The notes under the pieces are model-generated. The model was given only the letters and a program-made list of their open reading frames with translations. It ran no database searches and had not been told where the DNA came from. A stretch of 63,702 bases of DNA, the filler included, from Rhizaria sp. SCN 62-66 (taxonomy: Eukaryota): NCBI GenBank assembly GCA_001724265.1. It is 4 parts of 4 records of this genome, joined end to end, with 100 filler letters (N's around TTAATTAATTAA, not from the genome) between each part and the next. Parts side by side here need not be neighbours in the genome. Positions count along the whole stretch, not along the records: positions 37,798 to 51,329 come from MEDY01000522.1; positions 51,430 to 63,702 come from MEDY01000535.1; 2 more parts are not named here. One strand, 5' to 3'. The position numbers were made by a program, and so were the translations under genes. This document shows, piece by piece, positions 49,164-61,200 of the stretch (position 1 is the first letter of the stretch; each line of letters opens with the position of its first letter).

Positions 49164-50539
49164 TTACTTCCAGAACTGGATGAGCGACATGTCCTTCTCG
49201 CTGTCCTTCTTCATCACCTTGGACACGGCCATCTCGAAGTCCTCCTGCGTGACGTGCAGACGGCGCTCGCGCAGCGCGAACATGCCGGCCTCCGTGCACA
49301 CCGCCTTGGTCTCGGCGCCGGACGCGCCGTTCATGCCCGCGGCAATTTTCTTGAGGTTGATTCCGCGCATGAGGTTCATCTTGCGTGAGTGGATCTTGAG
49401 GATGTGCAGACGCGACGCCTCGCCGGGGTTCGGGAACTCGATCTTGCGGTCGATGCGGCCCGGACGCAGCAGCGCGGGGTCCAGAATGTCGATGCGGTTC
49501 GTGCACATCAGCACCTTGATGTTCTGCGAGGGCTCGAAACCGTCGAGCTGGTTGAGCAGCTCGAGCATCGTGCGCTGCACTTCAGAGTCACCGCGGCCGC
49601 CGGAGCCGCGCGCGCCGCCGATCGAGTCGATCTCGTCCATGAAGATGATCGACGGCGAGTGCTGGCGCGCCATGACGAAGAGCTCGCGGACCATGCGCGA
49701 GCCCTCGCCGATGTACTTCTGCACCAGCTCGGAGCCGGAGACGCGGATGAAGCAGCAGTCGGTGTGGTGTGCCACAGCGCGCGCCAGGAGCGTCTTGCCC
49801 GTGCCGGGGGGCCCGTAGAGGAGCACGCCCTTGGGTTGGGAGATGCCGAGCGACTCGAACAGCTCGGGGTGCTTGATCGGCAGCTCGATGACCTCCTTGA
49901 TCTCCTTGATCTGCTGGTCGAGGCCGCCGACCATGTCGTAGGTGGCGTCGGGCACGGCCTCGACGCGCATCAGCGACACAAGCGGGTCCACGAGCGTGGG
50001 CAGAACCTTGTGGATCTCGTAGCTGTCGCTGCGCAGCGCGACGCGGGTGCCGGCCTTGAGTGTGGTCGAGTCGATATCCTCGTGGATCTTGCAGATGTAC
50101 TTGCCCTCGGGGGGAAGCTTGACAAGCGCAGTCGTCTTGGTCATCACCTTGGCGATCTCGCCGACGGTCGACGACGACTGGTGCAGCATCAAGATCTCGT
50201 TCTTCAGACGACGGACTAAATGAAGGCAAGACAACAATCAGAGAGGGGATTAGGAGGAAGGAGATGAGCAAAGAACATCCAGAGCGAGGGATTATGTGCG
50301 ATTCCAACCTCGCATCACACATGGTGAGGCTGCGAGTGTTTAGATATGCGTGTTTAAGCAAAGAAAAAAACAAGATGCGTTGCAAGATAGGCGAAATGGA
50401 GCGTACCGCGAGCGTTGAGCTCGTTGCGCTGAGCCTCGAGACGGCGGAGGTTCTCAGTGCGGTCGTGCACCTGAATCCTCAGACCATCAATCTTGTTCTG
50501 GTAGTAGGCGGCGACGCCTTGAACCGGAACCGTGTCCAT
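49164..50539 (-). CDS. RPT6: 26S proteasome AAA-ATPase RPT6/PSMC5; 2 exons, 394 aa
   Basis: Exons 50539-50407 and 50215-49164. [71 protein letters not shown] and C-terminal ..FWK. Stop TAA. Confidence 0.97.
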
Positions 50540-51329
50540 GGTGAGGACGGAACGCTGTTCCTAAGCCAAATCATGTTGCAAGGGGCGACCGTTATTGATG
50601 CAAAAGGCGAGGCAGAGCGAGTGTGCAAGGGAGGGAGGAAGGAGGGCGAACAAGTTTGAGTTAGAGAATCGTTAGGGCAATCAGGGCGGGTGTAGCATAG
50701 GAAGGTCAGTAGAAATAGAGCCAGAACGGTCTGAGTAGGTACACATGACAATATTTAAGACATTGTTTGTGTCACAAAGCTAAATGCGAGTGCAGCAAGG
50801 TGAGGACAGAGCGGGGTAGCAACAAGTCGGTGGCGAACAAGTCGGGAGTTTGTGGTTCAACATTGAGGGGCATAGTGCAAAGGCAGCACAACGTTCCAGA
50901 AGGATCTAAAGAAAATCAGAGATAGATCCACCCGCAAACTGCGCAAGACATGCCTTAGAATACCAATCGACGGAGATCTGACCCCAAATCCGGCCCCAGA
51001 CAGCGCTGACTCAATTCGTTCGTTGAGACCCTGCACCAAAAGCTTTTGTGGCAACCAGGTGACCGTGAGCAAGCAGCAGGCGGCTTATCGCGACAGCCCC
51101 GAAAGCGTTTGTGGTGAAACATAAAAACAAGAATATACAAGTGAATTCAGAAGCTATATAGTTAATTTCAGTTGCAAGACATTTAAAAAGACACATCATT
51201 TGAGAAATACGAAAAAATGCAAGTAACTGATGTCACAACCGACATTCTGCATAAAACACCAAGTCTCACAGGCTCACACTGGGGCAAACACCACCCACGG
51301 TCGTTTCGGGGCGGGTATATAAAGGTGGC

Positions 51330-51429
51330 NNNNNNNNNNNNNNNNNNNNNNNNNNNNNNNNNNNNNNNNNNNNTTAATTAATTAANNNNNNNNNNNNNNN
51401 NNNNNNNNNNNNNNNNNNNNNNNNNNNNN
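51330..51429. other. Artificial contig spacer
   Basis: N44-TTAATTAATTAA-N44. Confidence 0.99.
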
Positions 51430-51525
51430 ATAAACCACGTAGTTTGATAACTTCTACGAAAGTGCGCCAAAGTCGCAAAAAAAGCGCGAATTCGCGTTTT
51501 TTAGTTGACGCTACATAGGGGTTAC
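51430..51525. repeat. Putative repeat or transposon terminus at a contig start, related to 37601-37697
   Basis: See the partner feature; includes the palindrome CGCGAATTCGCG at 51485-51496. Confidence 0.4.
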
Positions 51526-52264
51526 ATAGCCGAGCCGAAACAGGAGAGAGGTAAGGGGGGCCGTGCCGCTTTCTTTTGTGCCGTCGTTCCGCCGTTAAAC
51601 TCCGCGACTGCGTTCGGTATTCATCGTCGACAATTCATTATACTGGTATTTTTGAGGCACTCTTCACCTTTGTTGTTGTCGTTGTGCTGTGATGACGACA
51701 TGATGGTTGTAGGTTCTGTCGGTCTCGCACCTCTTCTCTCCGCGACGTACAATACTTTCGGCCGTAAATACGCTCTCCATAAGCTCTAAATTTCGAACTT
51801 GACACTTTTGTTTTGATTTTCACATAGTAATATATATTCCCACACTTTTGAAAAGTGCTGCACTATCATATTATGATCATACGCGTCAATCTTTCATCCT
51901 TTCCTATCTTCTTGCCCTTCTCTGACAGTCACGTCGCTCTCTGATCCCTGCCTCTAGAGTTGATCAACAAGAGCGTCGACACTCAGGGACACTCCATTCC
52001 GCAACTTTGTGATCTTTGTTAGTTTCCCACCGAACATCTCATCAGCTCGACAACAGCAAAACACATAACACCTTTGAAGAAGAGCGTTTTGCTCGCTTTG
52101 CTCACTTTCACTCAGCACACGCATTTGCTCAAGCTAGCGCGATGACTCTGACGGGCAGCTCTCTCTGTGCACCGTCGGGATGCTATCTGGTTATGGGAGC
52201 ATCTGCACCATTACACGTTCCCCACGCTTATCGCACCCGCAGCAACAGCAGCAGGAACTGGAGC

Positions 52265-55200
52265 ATGCTTTCATTCCTTCGGCCCCTCGCCCTGGCCATC
52301 TTGTTCCTCGCCTCACTCACGACTGCGATCAACACGTTCACGATGTCTAGTGGGGCCGCCGGCTTCTACGCCGGCTCCTCCGTGACGTTTCGCGGTTATT
52401 TGCAGACGTTGAGCTCTGGTGATACGAGCCTCCAGCTTGCTGCCAAGGATTCTGGATCAAACGTCGTTATTGCCACGAACTCGATGCGCAACTGCCGCGT
52501 CGAAACGACCGGCGTCGCTGTCAGCATCGTGAATATTTCCCTTGTCACCGATGGTGTTGCTTTGAATCTGAATGCAAAAGCCAACGTGACCAACGTCGTG
52601 GTGTCTTGCCAGATCACACTGCAGCCGACGCTGTCCGCAAGCTATAATCTCGTCGTAAACGTTGTCACCATCTTTGGCGGCGCCCCGATAGGCACCACCA
52701 TGGTCTCATTTGACGTGATCGGCCCGCATTTTCTGGGTGCCGCACTAGGCACCACTGCGTACTATGCGAACCAATGGCTCGGCGGCTCAGACTTCATCAA
52801 CATCCCGTTTTTATACTCAGGGAGTGTGAGGCGCTCGGCGACCTTGTTGGGCACGTCGTACTTCCAGTTGAAGATGAGCGCGAGCTCCACATTTCTGTTC
52901 AACGATACGAACATCCAGTGCTATCTTGACTATCGGCCTCTGATCAACAATGTCATCATGCTGGGTCTCCCCAGTATCCTGGATGCTGGACTCAGTGCTC
53001 AAATGTACATCCCAATCGATCATTTCCCCAGCGACCCCCCTGATCTGTACCCCGGCACGTTCATCTGCTCGGTGCCGTGGCGCTCGACGTCGGAGACCAC
53101 GGTGCCGAACACTGCGTTTACGCTGACGGCCGGGATCAACTTCAGCGGCTACAATGCCGTGCTACCCACGCTAACTCTCGACACCGTTGCGTCGGACACC
53201 AAGGACTGGCAAGTGTTGTCCAATTTCTTTTCGCCGTCCTGGACCATTACAAGCTACGGCATCCAGGGCGCCGGCAGCGGATACATCCAACTGGGCCTAA
53301 AGCGCATCAGCAGAAGCGAGATGTACCGCGGCGCCTAGGGCACCTTCTGCACCGTCAGTGCGCGACCTGCCAGCGCCGAAGCGGTCGGCGACGGCGGGTC
53401 CGTCACCGCGTCCTTGGTGCCGCCCGTCGCGCCCTCGATGATCATGTCCATGGGCTACTGTCACATTCCAATCGAGAGCATCCACATCCACGGCGTCGGC
53501 TTCACCTCCGCTATCGAGATCGTCGTGTCGATGTACTTCGCGTCGCTGCCCGCTGAGCTCTCGGGCAACACCACGCTAGGTTTTATCGACGGGTGGCTCT
53601 CGCGAACTTACACGCTCAACGTGGTACGCTCTATTTACACGGTGTATCTCCTCACTTGAACAAGAAAGAGTTGTCAGACTGTCTTTGGACACTCTTCCAG
53701 CACCCACCCAGACAATATCGTACCTTATTTCACCTCTATTTTCTCATGTCTTTTCTGTATATGTCTCATTATGACTTGTCTCAAACCATTGCCTATTAAT
53801 GTGTTGCACTTGCATTTACATCATGCAACAAACGCATCTTTCAACCCCAGCCGCTTACCGTGAAAGCGTTAGAAACGTCTACGGCCGTCGCCTCCATCTC
53901 GTCCTTCACGCCCCGCGGCTTCTACCAGCCGCACCGTGCGTCGTACCCGGGGGCCGCTGCGGTGCCGCTCGGCAGTCCGCTCCAGGACTGGTACTCGCTG
54001 CCGCCGCAGCTGCCGCTGTCCGTCTCATCCGCGCGCCCGACCCCACGCCCGCGCCCGCGCTATCTGCAGGCCACGGCGTCGGCCGCTGCCGCGGGCCCCA
54101 AGCTCGAGAACCTGTCCCCGTCGACAACAGGCCAGTACTCGTTCTTTTTTGGTGGCATCGCACTGCAGACGTACCCGTTCGCGTCGCCCGCCTTGTACCC
54201 ATGGGCGGAACCCGCGCTGCTGTCGGACCTGTGGATGGTCGACGCGCTGGCCAACACCACGACGCTGCTGCACGGCGACCCCGCGCAGACGGGCCTGCCT
54301 GCCGTCATCGGTACGCTGACTCCAGGTGTGTACGCGTCGACACTGCGGCCCGCGGCGCGGCACTCGGCCTCGCTTGCATACGACGCGTTCACGCGCACGA
54401 TTTGGCTTTTTGGCGGTGCGTATTACCCCATCATTGCCAATAACGCGGACAAACAGAAGTTTTTTGACGACTTGTGGTCGTTCAGTCTGGACAAGCGGCA
54501 GTGGGCGTATTGGCGCGGCATCGCGGAGCCGGTGCCGAGGCCCGAGATCTCACAGATCCTGAGCAACACAGCGCCGCCCCTGGCTACGGCCGCGGCGGCG
54601 ATGGCCGCGCACGAAGGGTATATTGTCATTTATGGTGGTACGTTCACTTGTTGCAACAAAGCTACAACAAAACCAAGCTGCATACCGATGACCCCAATTA
54701 GATTCCGGAATTATAATATTATAATATTATTGTTCGATCACTTCCGTTTCCCGCGTTATAATAGAAAAAATATCTCATGTCATATCCTTATTTTTTTTGT
54801 GTGTGGGTTGTGGTTGAACATCCTGTTTCGCCTACTTGCGCACTCTACAGGTTACATCTTGACATCCAAGCTTAACGCGTTGGGCTACAACCCCGTCATC
54901 GAGACCCCCGACGTCTACCTGGCCGACAACACCAATGGCACCAACATCACTTGGAAGCGCGTCTACGACATCATGACGTACACGGACGGCACGCACGCGT
55001 ACCCCGGCGTGGCCAACACCGAGCCCTGCGCGCGCGCCTACGCCGCGCTGGTGTGGGAGACGCATAATGCGGCCCCGGTCACTACGCTCGTCATGTACGG
55101 CGGCACGCTCTCGGCGCTGCTGCCGTCCGCGCCCTTGGTGACTGCGAGCACGACACTGCACACCGCGCCCTCGCCCGAGAACGACTCGGGCGTGCTGGCG

Positions 55201-58200
55201 GGGCTCTGGCGGCTCACCATCACGCTGCCCGGTACGGCTGTGTGGGAGCGCCTCGACGCGCTGCCGCTGGCGCCGACCGCGGCCGAGCGCGGGCAGCCGC
55301 GCCTGGTGTTCCCGTCCACGTCCAGCCTCGTATCTGCGCCCGGCGGCCGCGTGTTCCACGCCATGAACATCGCGGCCAACGGAGACATCTTCCTCTACGG
55401 CGGCCGTGGCCACGGCGCCGGCGCGTACGTGCGCCCCGATGCCGCGGAGACGATGGAGGTCATGCTCAACGCGCAGCCCGCCGCGGCGCCGTTCACGCTG
55501 CCGCTAGCGGGCCGGTTCGACATCTCGTCTGTGACGGAGCGCGGCGCGGTGTCGCTGCACGCGTTCCTGTACACGGTGGACGAGCTCGCGGCCGCGGGGC
55601 TGCCGGAGAAGCTGAACCTGCAGTCGCTCGACGTCATGGTGAAGCTGAATGAAGAGTCGCAGCTTGGCCTGACTGGAACATGGCAACCGGCCAGTCGTTT
55701 CCGTGTCCGGACGTGTCTGGCAGCGACAAGTCTGAATAATTTCTCCATTATGTCCGCTTCTTATCTTGATATCGCTGAGACCGCTATGCTTTCTCAGCCC
55801 GGCTTGCTGATCGATCCTGCTAAGTGGGCTCCGAAAACGTACATGGCCATCAACACTCCGTACATGAAGGATATGAATCTTGACGCTGCGTCTGTCATCG
55901 CGACGCATTCAAGTACCAACGTTATTTTCTTCATGTCTATTGAGTATGTCTTCGAAGGCTTTCCGACCGCTTCACAGTCAGTGGGTTTCGGACTTGAAAT
56001 GCGAGATAGCTCGGACACTCGCTCCATGTCCATCATCAAGGACGCAGTCTCCGTTAGTGGCCAGGGTTACCTCAATTTCGAAGTCTACACCGCGCGGCCC
56101 GTGCTGCTACTGCGGTCCCCGCTGCCCAGCCACCCGCTGACGCAGCCCCCCGTGACGATCTCGCGCCTCGCCGCGCCGCAGCTCGACGACCTGTGGCAGT
56201 TCTCGCGCGCAACCAACACCTGGCGTCTGCTGCGTGGCTTCTCGGGCCCCATCACGCGCAGCGGCTCCGCTGTCAACCGCGTCGGCTCGCCGGCGATCCC
56301 GCTGGCGATCAATGACTCCTTCTGGCCCGGCGCGCGCCTCGGCGCCACGCTGTCGATCCCGACGTCGAGCACGAAGCAGGCGCAGGTCGCGTCCGACACG
56401 TCGCTCTTCCTCCGCGGCGGCTGGACCGCGGGCTCGACCCCCGCGGCGGAGCGGGCCTTCTTCGCTGACCCCGCCGTGGAGCGCCACCTCGAGGACTGCG
56501 AGCTGCTCGCTGTGCACGACGACCTGTGGAGCATCGATATCGTCACAAACGCTGCGAACATCACGTGCATCGACAGTACGGCGTACGATAACACTGTCTG
56601 CCATCCGTCGACGGCCAACAACCTGACCGCGCCCTTCACCCCGTGGCTGCCGCAGGGCGACGTCGTCTACGGCGAAGAAGCCCGCGCCGCGCTGTCCTTC
56701 TCGAACGCTAACACGTGTCCGTCAGGGTTCGGCGCCAACTACTGCAACAACAAGGGTACCTGCGTCGCCGGCGGCGGCTCCGCCTTCTGCCACTGCAACA
56801 GCTACACACAGGGCGCGCAGTGCACGAGCGGCAACATCGCTGAGGTCAAAGCCAAGTTCCAGCTCAGCCACGGCTCCGTGCTGCTCAAGGGCGCGACCAG
56901 TCCGACCGTGCTGCCTTTCGCCGCCGTCGCTCACCGGCCCGGCACCGGCGAGGTCTACAGCTTCGGCGGCGCCGTGATCAACTCGTCGCTCGCCACTGCG
57001 TTCGCTAGCGCGGCCTTTACGCGCGTTGATCTCGTCGCCAACACTGTGACGGAGATCCCGCGCACGGCGGGCCACGCCGAGTCGCACGAGTACTCGCAGC
57101 TTCTGGTCGGCTCGTTTTTTTCCGGTGAGGTGTATGTGTCGCCTACGGCACCGCCGCCGTCCGTCGAGTCTCACGCTTGGTTTTCGCCAGATGGAGCCAA
57201 TATGTATTTGTACGCAGAAAGCTTCGTTGCACCGCCCGGTCTGTGGGTGTACACTGTTGCTCTTAAGGTATGCAATCGACTCACATTTTTTTCACTTTGA
57301 CCACACATGTTTATTGATCTCCATACTATACTATCGATTGTATGTCCCACTTTTCTTTTGTTTTAATGTGATTACAACTCACTTTCATTCTGCTTCTTAA
57401 TTATTATTATTTTCATTTTGTTTCGTATCACAGTCCTGGGAGACGGCAGGTTTCGACCATCTCAGCTACAACTCATCGTATCCGTTTGGTTTCGAGTATT
57501 ATTCTGGCGTTTCTGGCGATTTCGGCCAAAAAGGCCCCTCTTATCATCCTAGCGCACGCCAGGGCTTCGCCAAGGCGTCCTTCTCTCGCTCAACTTCTGG
57601 TGATAACGACTCGGTGTTCTGCATGTATTCTGGAGCAAAGATGTATTGGTCTGGGAGTTTCATTGAATCGTATAACACTGATCTTTGGTGTCTTTACACA
57701 AAGACGAATACCTCGTCCGGAGTTCATGACGCACAGTACGTTGATTTTGTAAAATAATGAAACAGTGTGAGCTCTTAATGTAATATCTCAAAGCACCGTG
57801 TCAAATTTCGCAATCCACTCACTAATCTTTACCTCTCTGATTCCTCTTCTGTATCGTGTTACATAGATGGGCGCTCATGTCTGGCTCCTTCAACTTGACC
57901 GCTAATGATCACCTGCCTTCTGCCTCTGCCCCCGGCGCCTTCAGTAGTTCTAACAGCCCCGGCGCCCGCCTCGGTGCCAGCATGACGTTTTCTCACGACG
58001 GCCGCTACCTCTACCTCTTCGGTGGCTCTCTTCGCGTCCAGCCAGGCAGCGCGATCCCGCAGCCCGCCCTCATGGCCGACCTGTGGGTGTTCTCTTTCTC
58101 CAAGATGCAGTGGGCGTACCTCTCCGGCCCGCTCACCTGGGCTGTGCAGGGCAGCGCGCACGCGCGCAGCACCGTCGCCACAGCCGGCGCGCCGTCGCGG

Positions 58201-61200
58201 CTGCAGGCGCCCGGCGCGCGCGCCTATGCCAGTATGACGGCCGACGCCGACGGGCTCGTGTATGTCGGCTACGGCATGCGGCTGCCGCTGACCACAGGGA
58301 CGACGATCAACGATGGGACCAGCGCGGACTCGCTCGACGAGTCGGCTCTCGAGGGCACGGTGTTCGCTGTCTACGCGGAGCAGCTGCACAATAGCACGTG
58401 GCTTCCGTCGGCCACGTCCATCACGGCGCTAGTCACTGCGCCGACGTCGCACAGCATCGGCAGCGAGGTCGCGGCCTGGGCGTGGTTGGTCAACCCGAAC
58501 ACCGTCGTCATCACCCCGTACCGCAGCTTCACGTGGGCGTCCACCAGCGACGACGCGCGCCTTGGCGCCTCGTTCCTCATGCTGCCCAACTCTCTTGGCA
58601 CCGCCAGCGAGACGTTCGCCAGCCCCTCCGCAGTCCTCCTGCGCACGGGCGGCCTGACGTACGCCACGGGCGCGATTATCGTTGGTTTGACGCCGGTGTA
58701 CCCGTTCTACTCGCACGGGAAGCTGACGTCCGGCGCCGACCAGTCAGCGCTCGTGGCGCTGACGACTCCTTGCGCTCGCAACCCCTGCGTCAACGGCGGC
58801 GTGTGCGGCATCCAGCCGGTATCTCAAACGCCGGTGACGCTCTTGGTCGGTCTGACCTCAAAGAGCTACCGCTGCACGTGCCCCGCCGGGTACTTTGGCG
58901 AGCACTGCCAGACGGCGCGCGCCCAGTTCGCCCCGCCCACGGCCCCGGCGGTGAAGGCCCTCAAGTGCGTCGCCACGGGTACCAATCAGACCAACTCGCT
59001 CTCGGCGCCCTGCGACTGCGGCACCGTGCGCTCGTCTGGCACGCTCTGCTCGCCGCTGACCGTGCGCGCGCTGGTGGACAACCCGTACGGGTCGGCGCAG
59101 CCGGGCACGGTGCCGCGCATATTCGCCGCCAGCGCCACGACCCACAGTCTCTCGGTCACGGCGGCCGCGACGCTGGGGCTGCCCGCGGGCTCGACCGTGA
59201 CCTTCGTCGCCGGCGGCGCGAGCAACGTGAACATGCTCGGCATGACGGCCATCGTTGTCGCCAACTCGCTCTCCGCGCGCACCAGCGTCACGCTCGTCGC
59301 GGAGAAGACCACGGATGCGTCCACGCCAGTGCTGGAGACCAACTTTACTGCCGGCACGGTGGCCTACACGGGGCAGCACATGGGCGCCTCGCTGGTATAC
59401 TTCCCGCAGGGCAACTGCTTGTTCCTGTTCGGTGGCATCGTCAGCAACGGCGGCACAAACGTACGTACCTTTATATCATATTTTTCGCGTCATATGTTCT
59501 CCTGGAATGCATGTGTTGACTTAGAACATTGTACCATGTATAATTTATATGTATTGTCACAGCCAATGATATAGTCGATGATTGTTCAAATACTAACCCC
59601 TCTTTCATTCATCAATTGTTCGCTCCCATTGCTGCATAAACAATTTTTAATCCCTTCTCAATGACATGGGGGCAGCGAGAGTACTACGAGCGTCTCTGGC
59701 GCATCCCTGTCACGGCATCGTCGCTCAACATCCCGCCCGAGCTCGTCCCTGGCCGCGGCACAGACGCGAAGTTGAACCCGATCATCTCTGACCCCGTCCA
59801 AATTGTCTCCGTGGGCACGGTGGGCCACCAACGCCGCGCATCGGCCACGGTCTACCCGGCCGGCTTCCCCGGCTCCCGTGCCTTCCACAGCTCCGTGATT
59901 GTCACGCTGGGCGGCGGCGCCGAGAGCTGGGTTTACACCTACGGCGGCCTCATTCCCTCGTCCACCACTGACCTGGCCTTCCGCGGCGATCTGTGGCGCT
60001 ACCGGGCCACCGTCTCAGGCACAGTCACCTGGCAGTATGTCGGCTGCTCGACGGGTCTCAACTTCGTCCCGGATACGGCTGTCACGGTTGGCAGCGCGGT
60101 GCCGATGGCTGACTACTGCCCGTCGGGCCGCGCGCGCGCGTCACTCGTGGCGGTTGGCGAGACGCTTGTTCTCAGCGGCGGCGTCGGTTTCTTCGGCGCA
60201 CTCGACGACATTTGGAGCTTCAGTCTGCTGACGGAGATGTGGACTCTGATCGCCGGCAAGAGCCGCAAGTTCGCGCCTTTGACGTATGACCTCGCCACTC
60301 CCCCCGTCTTCACTGGTTCGGTGATCACGCGCACGATGGGCTCGCGTTACGACCACAGCTGCGACGTCACACCCGGCAGCACCACGGTGTACTGCTTCGG
60401 CGGCATGACGGCGCGCGGCGTGTACGTCGACATCTACCGGGCTGTGGCACCCGCTGTGCTGTCGAACGCGTACTTTTACAACGCGACGCAGCCGACGCAG
60501 CTGGCGTACCCGTTCCGCGACATCAAGGGCGACGGCACGACGGGCAGCAAGGTGGCGAGCTATCTGGCGAGGGCGCTGCTCTAGCAGGCGGGGCTGCTGA
60601 CGTACATGTCCGTGCGCGCCGTCACGTTCTACCTTACACGGCCCGTGGACGCGTCTGTGTCCGTGTTCGTTAAGCTCAGGGTCGTTCCCGTGACCGCGAC
60701 GCCGACAGGGAAGCTGACGGACACATCGACTGGCACGCTGATGGTCAAAACCCTGAAGTACGCTGACTTTGGCACAACGGGCACCGAGTTCACGATTGTC
60801 TTAGGCGCCGCTGTCACACTCTTACCCTCAGCTGTCGGTGTAATCATCGTCCTCGAAGTCGTCGTGATGAACAAAGACGATTTGCCAGGGTTTGGCAGCG
60901 GTGGGCGCGTTGAGGAGTCGCTTGCCTACGGTGTTTCGTCCGCCGCCGTCGGGGCCGAGGTATTCACTCTTTTTAGCGCGAGCGCGAATCGGACCAAAAC
61001 TACACACTTCACAACCACTTCCGATAGTGGGGACGTGTATGAGACCTATTTGATTCCGCAAATGCGTTTCCGTGCTTCCCCCGCGGCCGGCGGCCTTACC
61101 ATGGGCCACGCCGCGTCGTCGGACATGTTCAGCATCGACACGGCCAATGGCGAGATTGCACCCCTCTTCGCGCCGCCTGACGGCGCTGCCCCGTCCGCGG

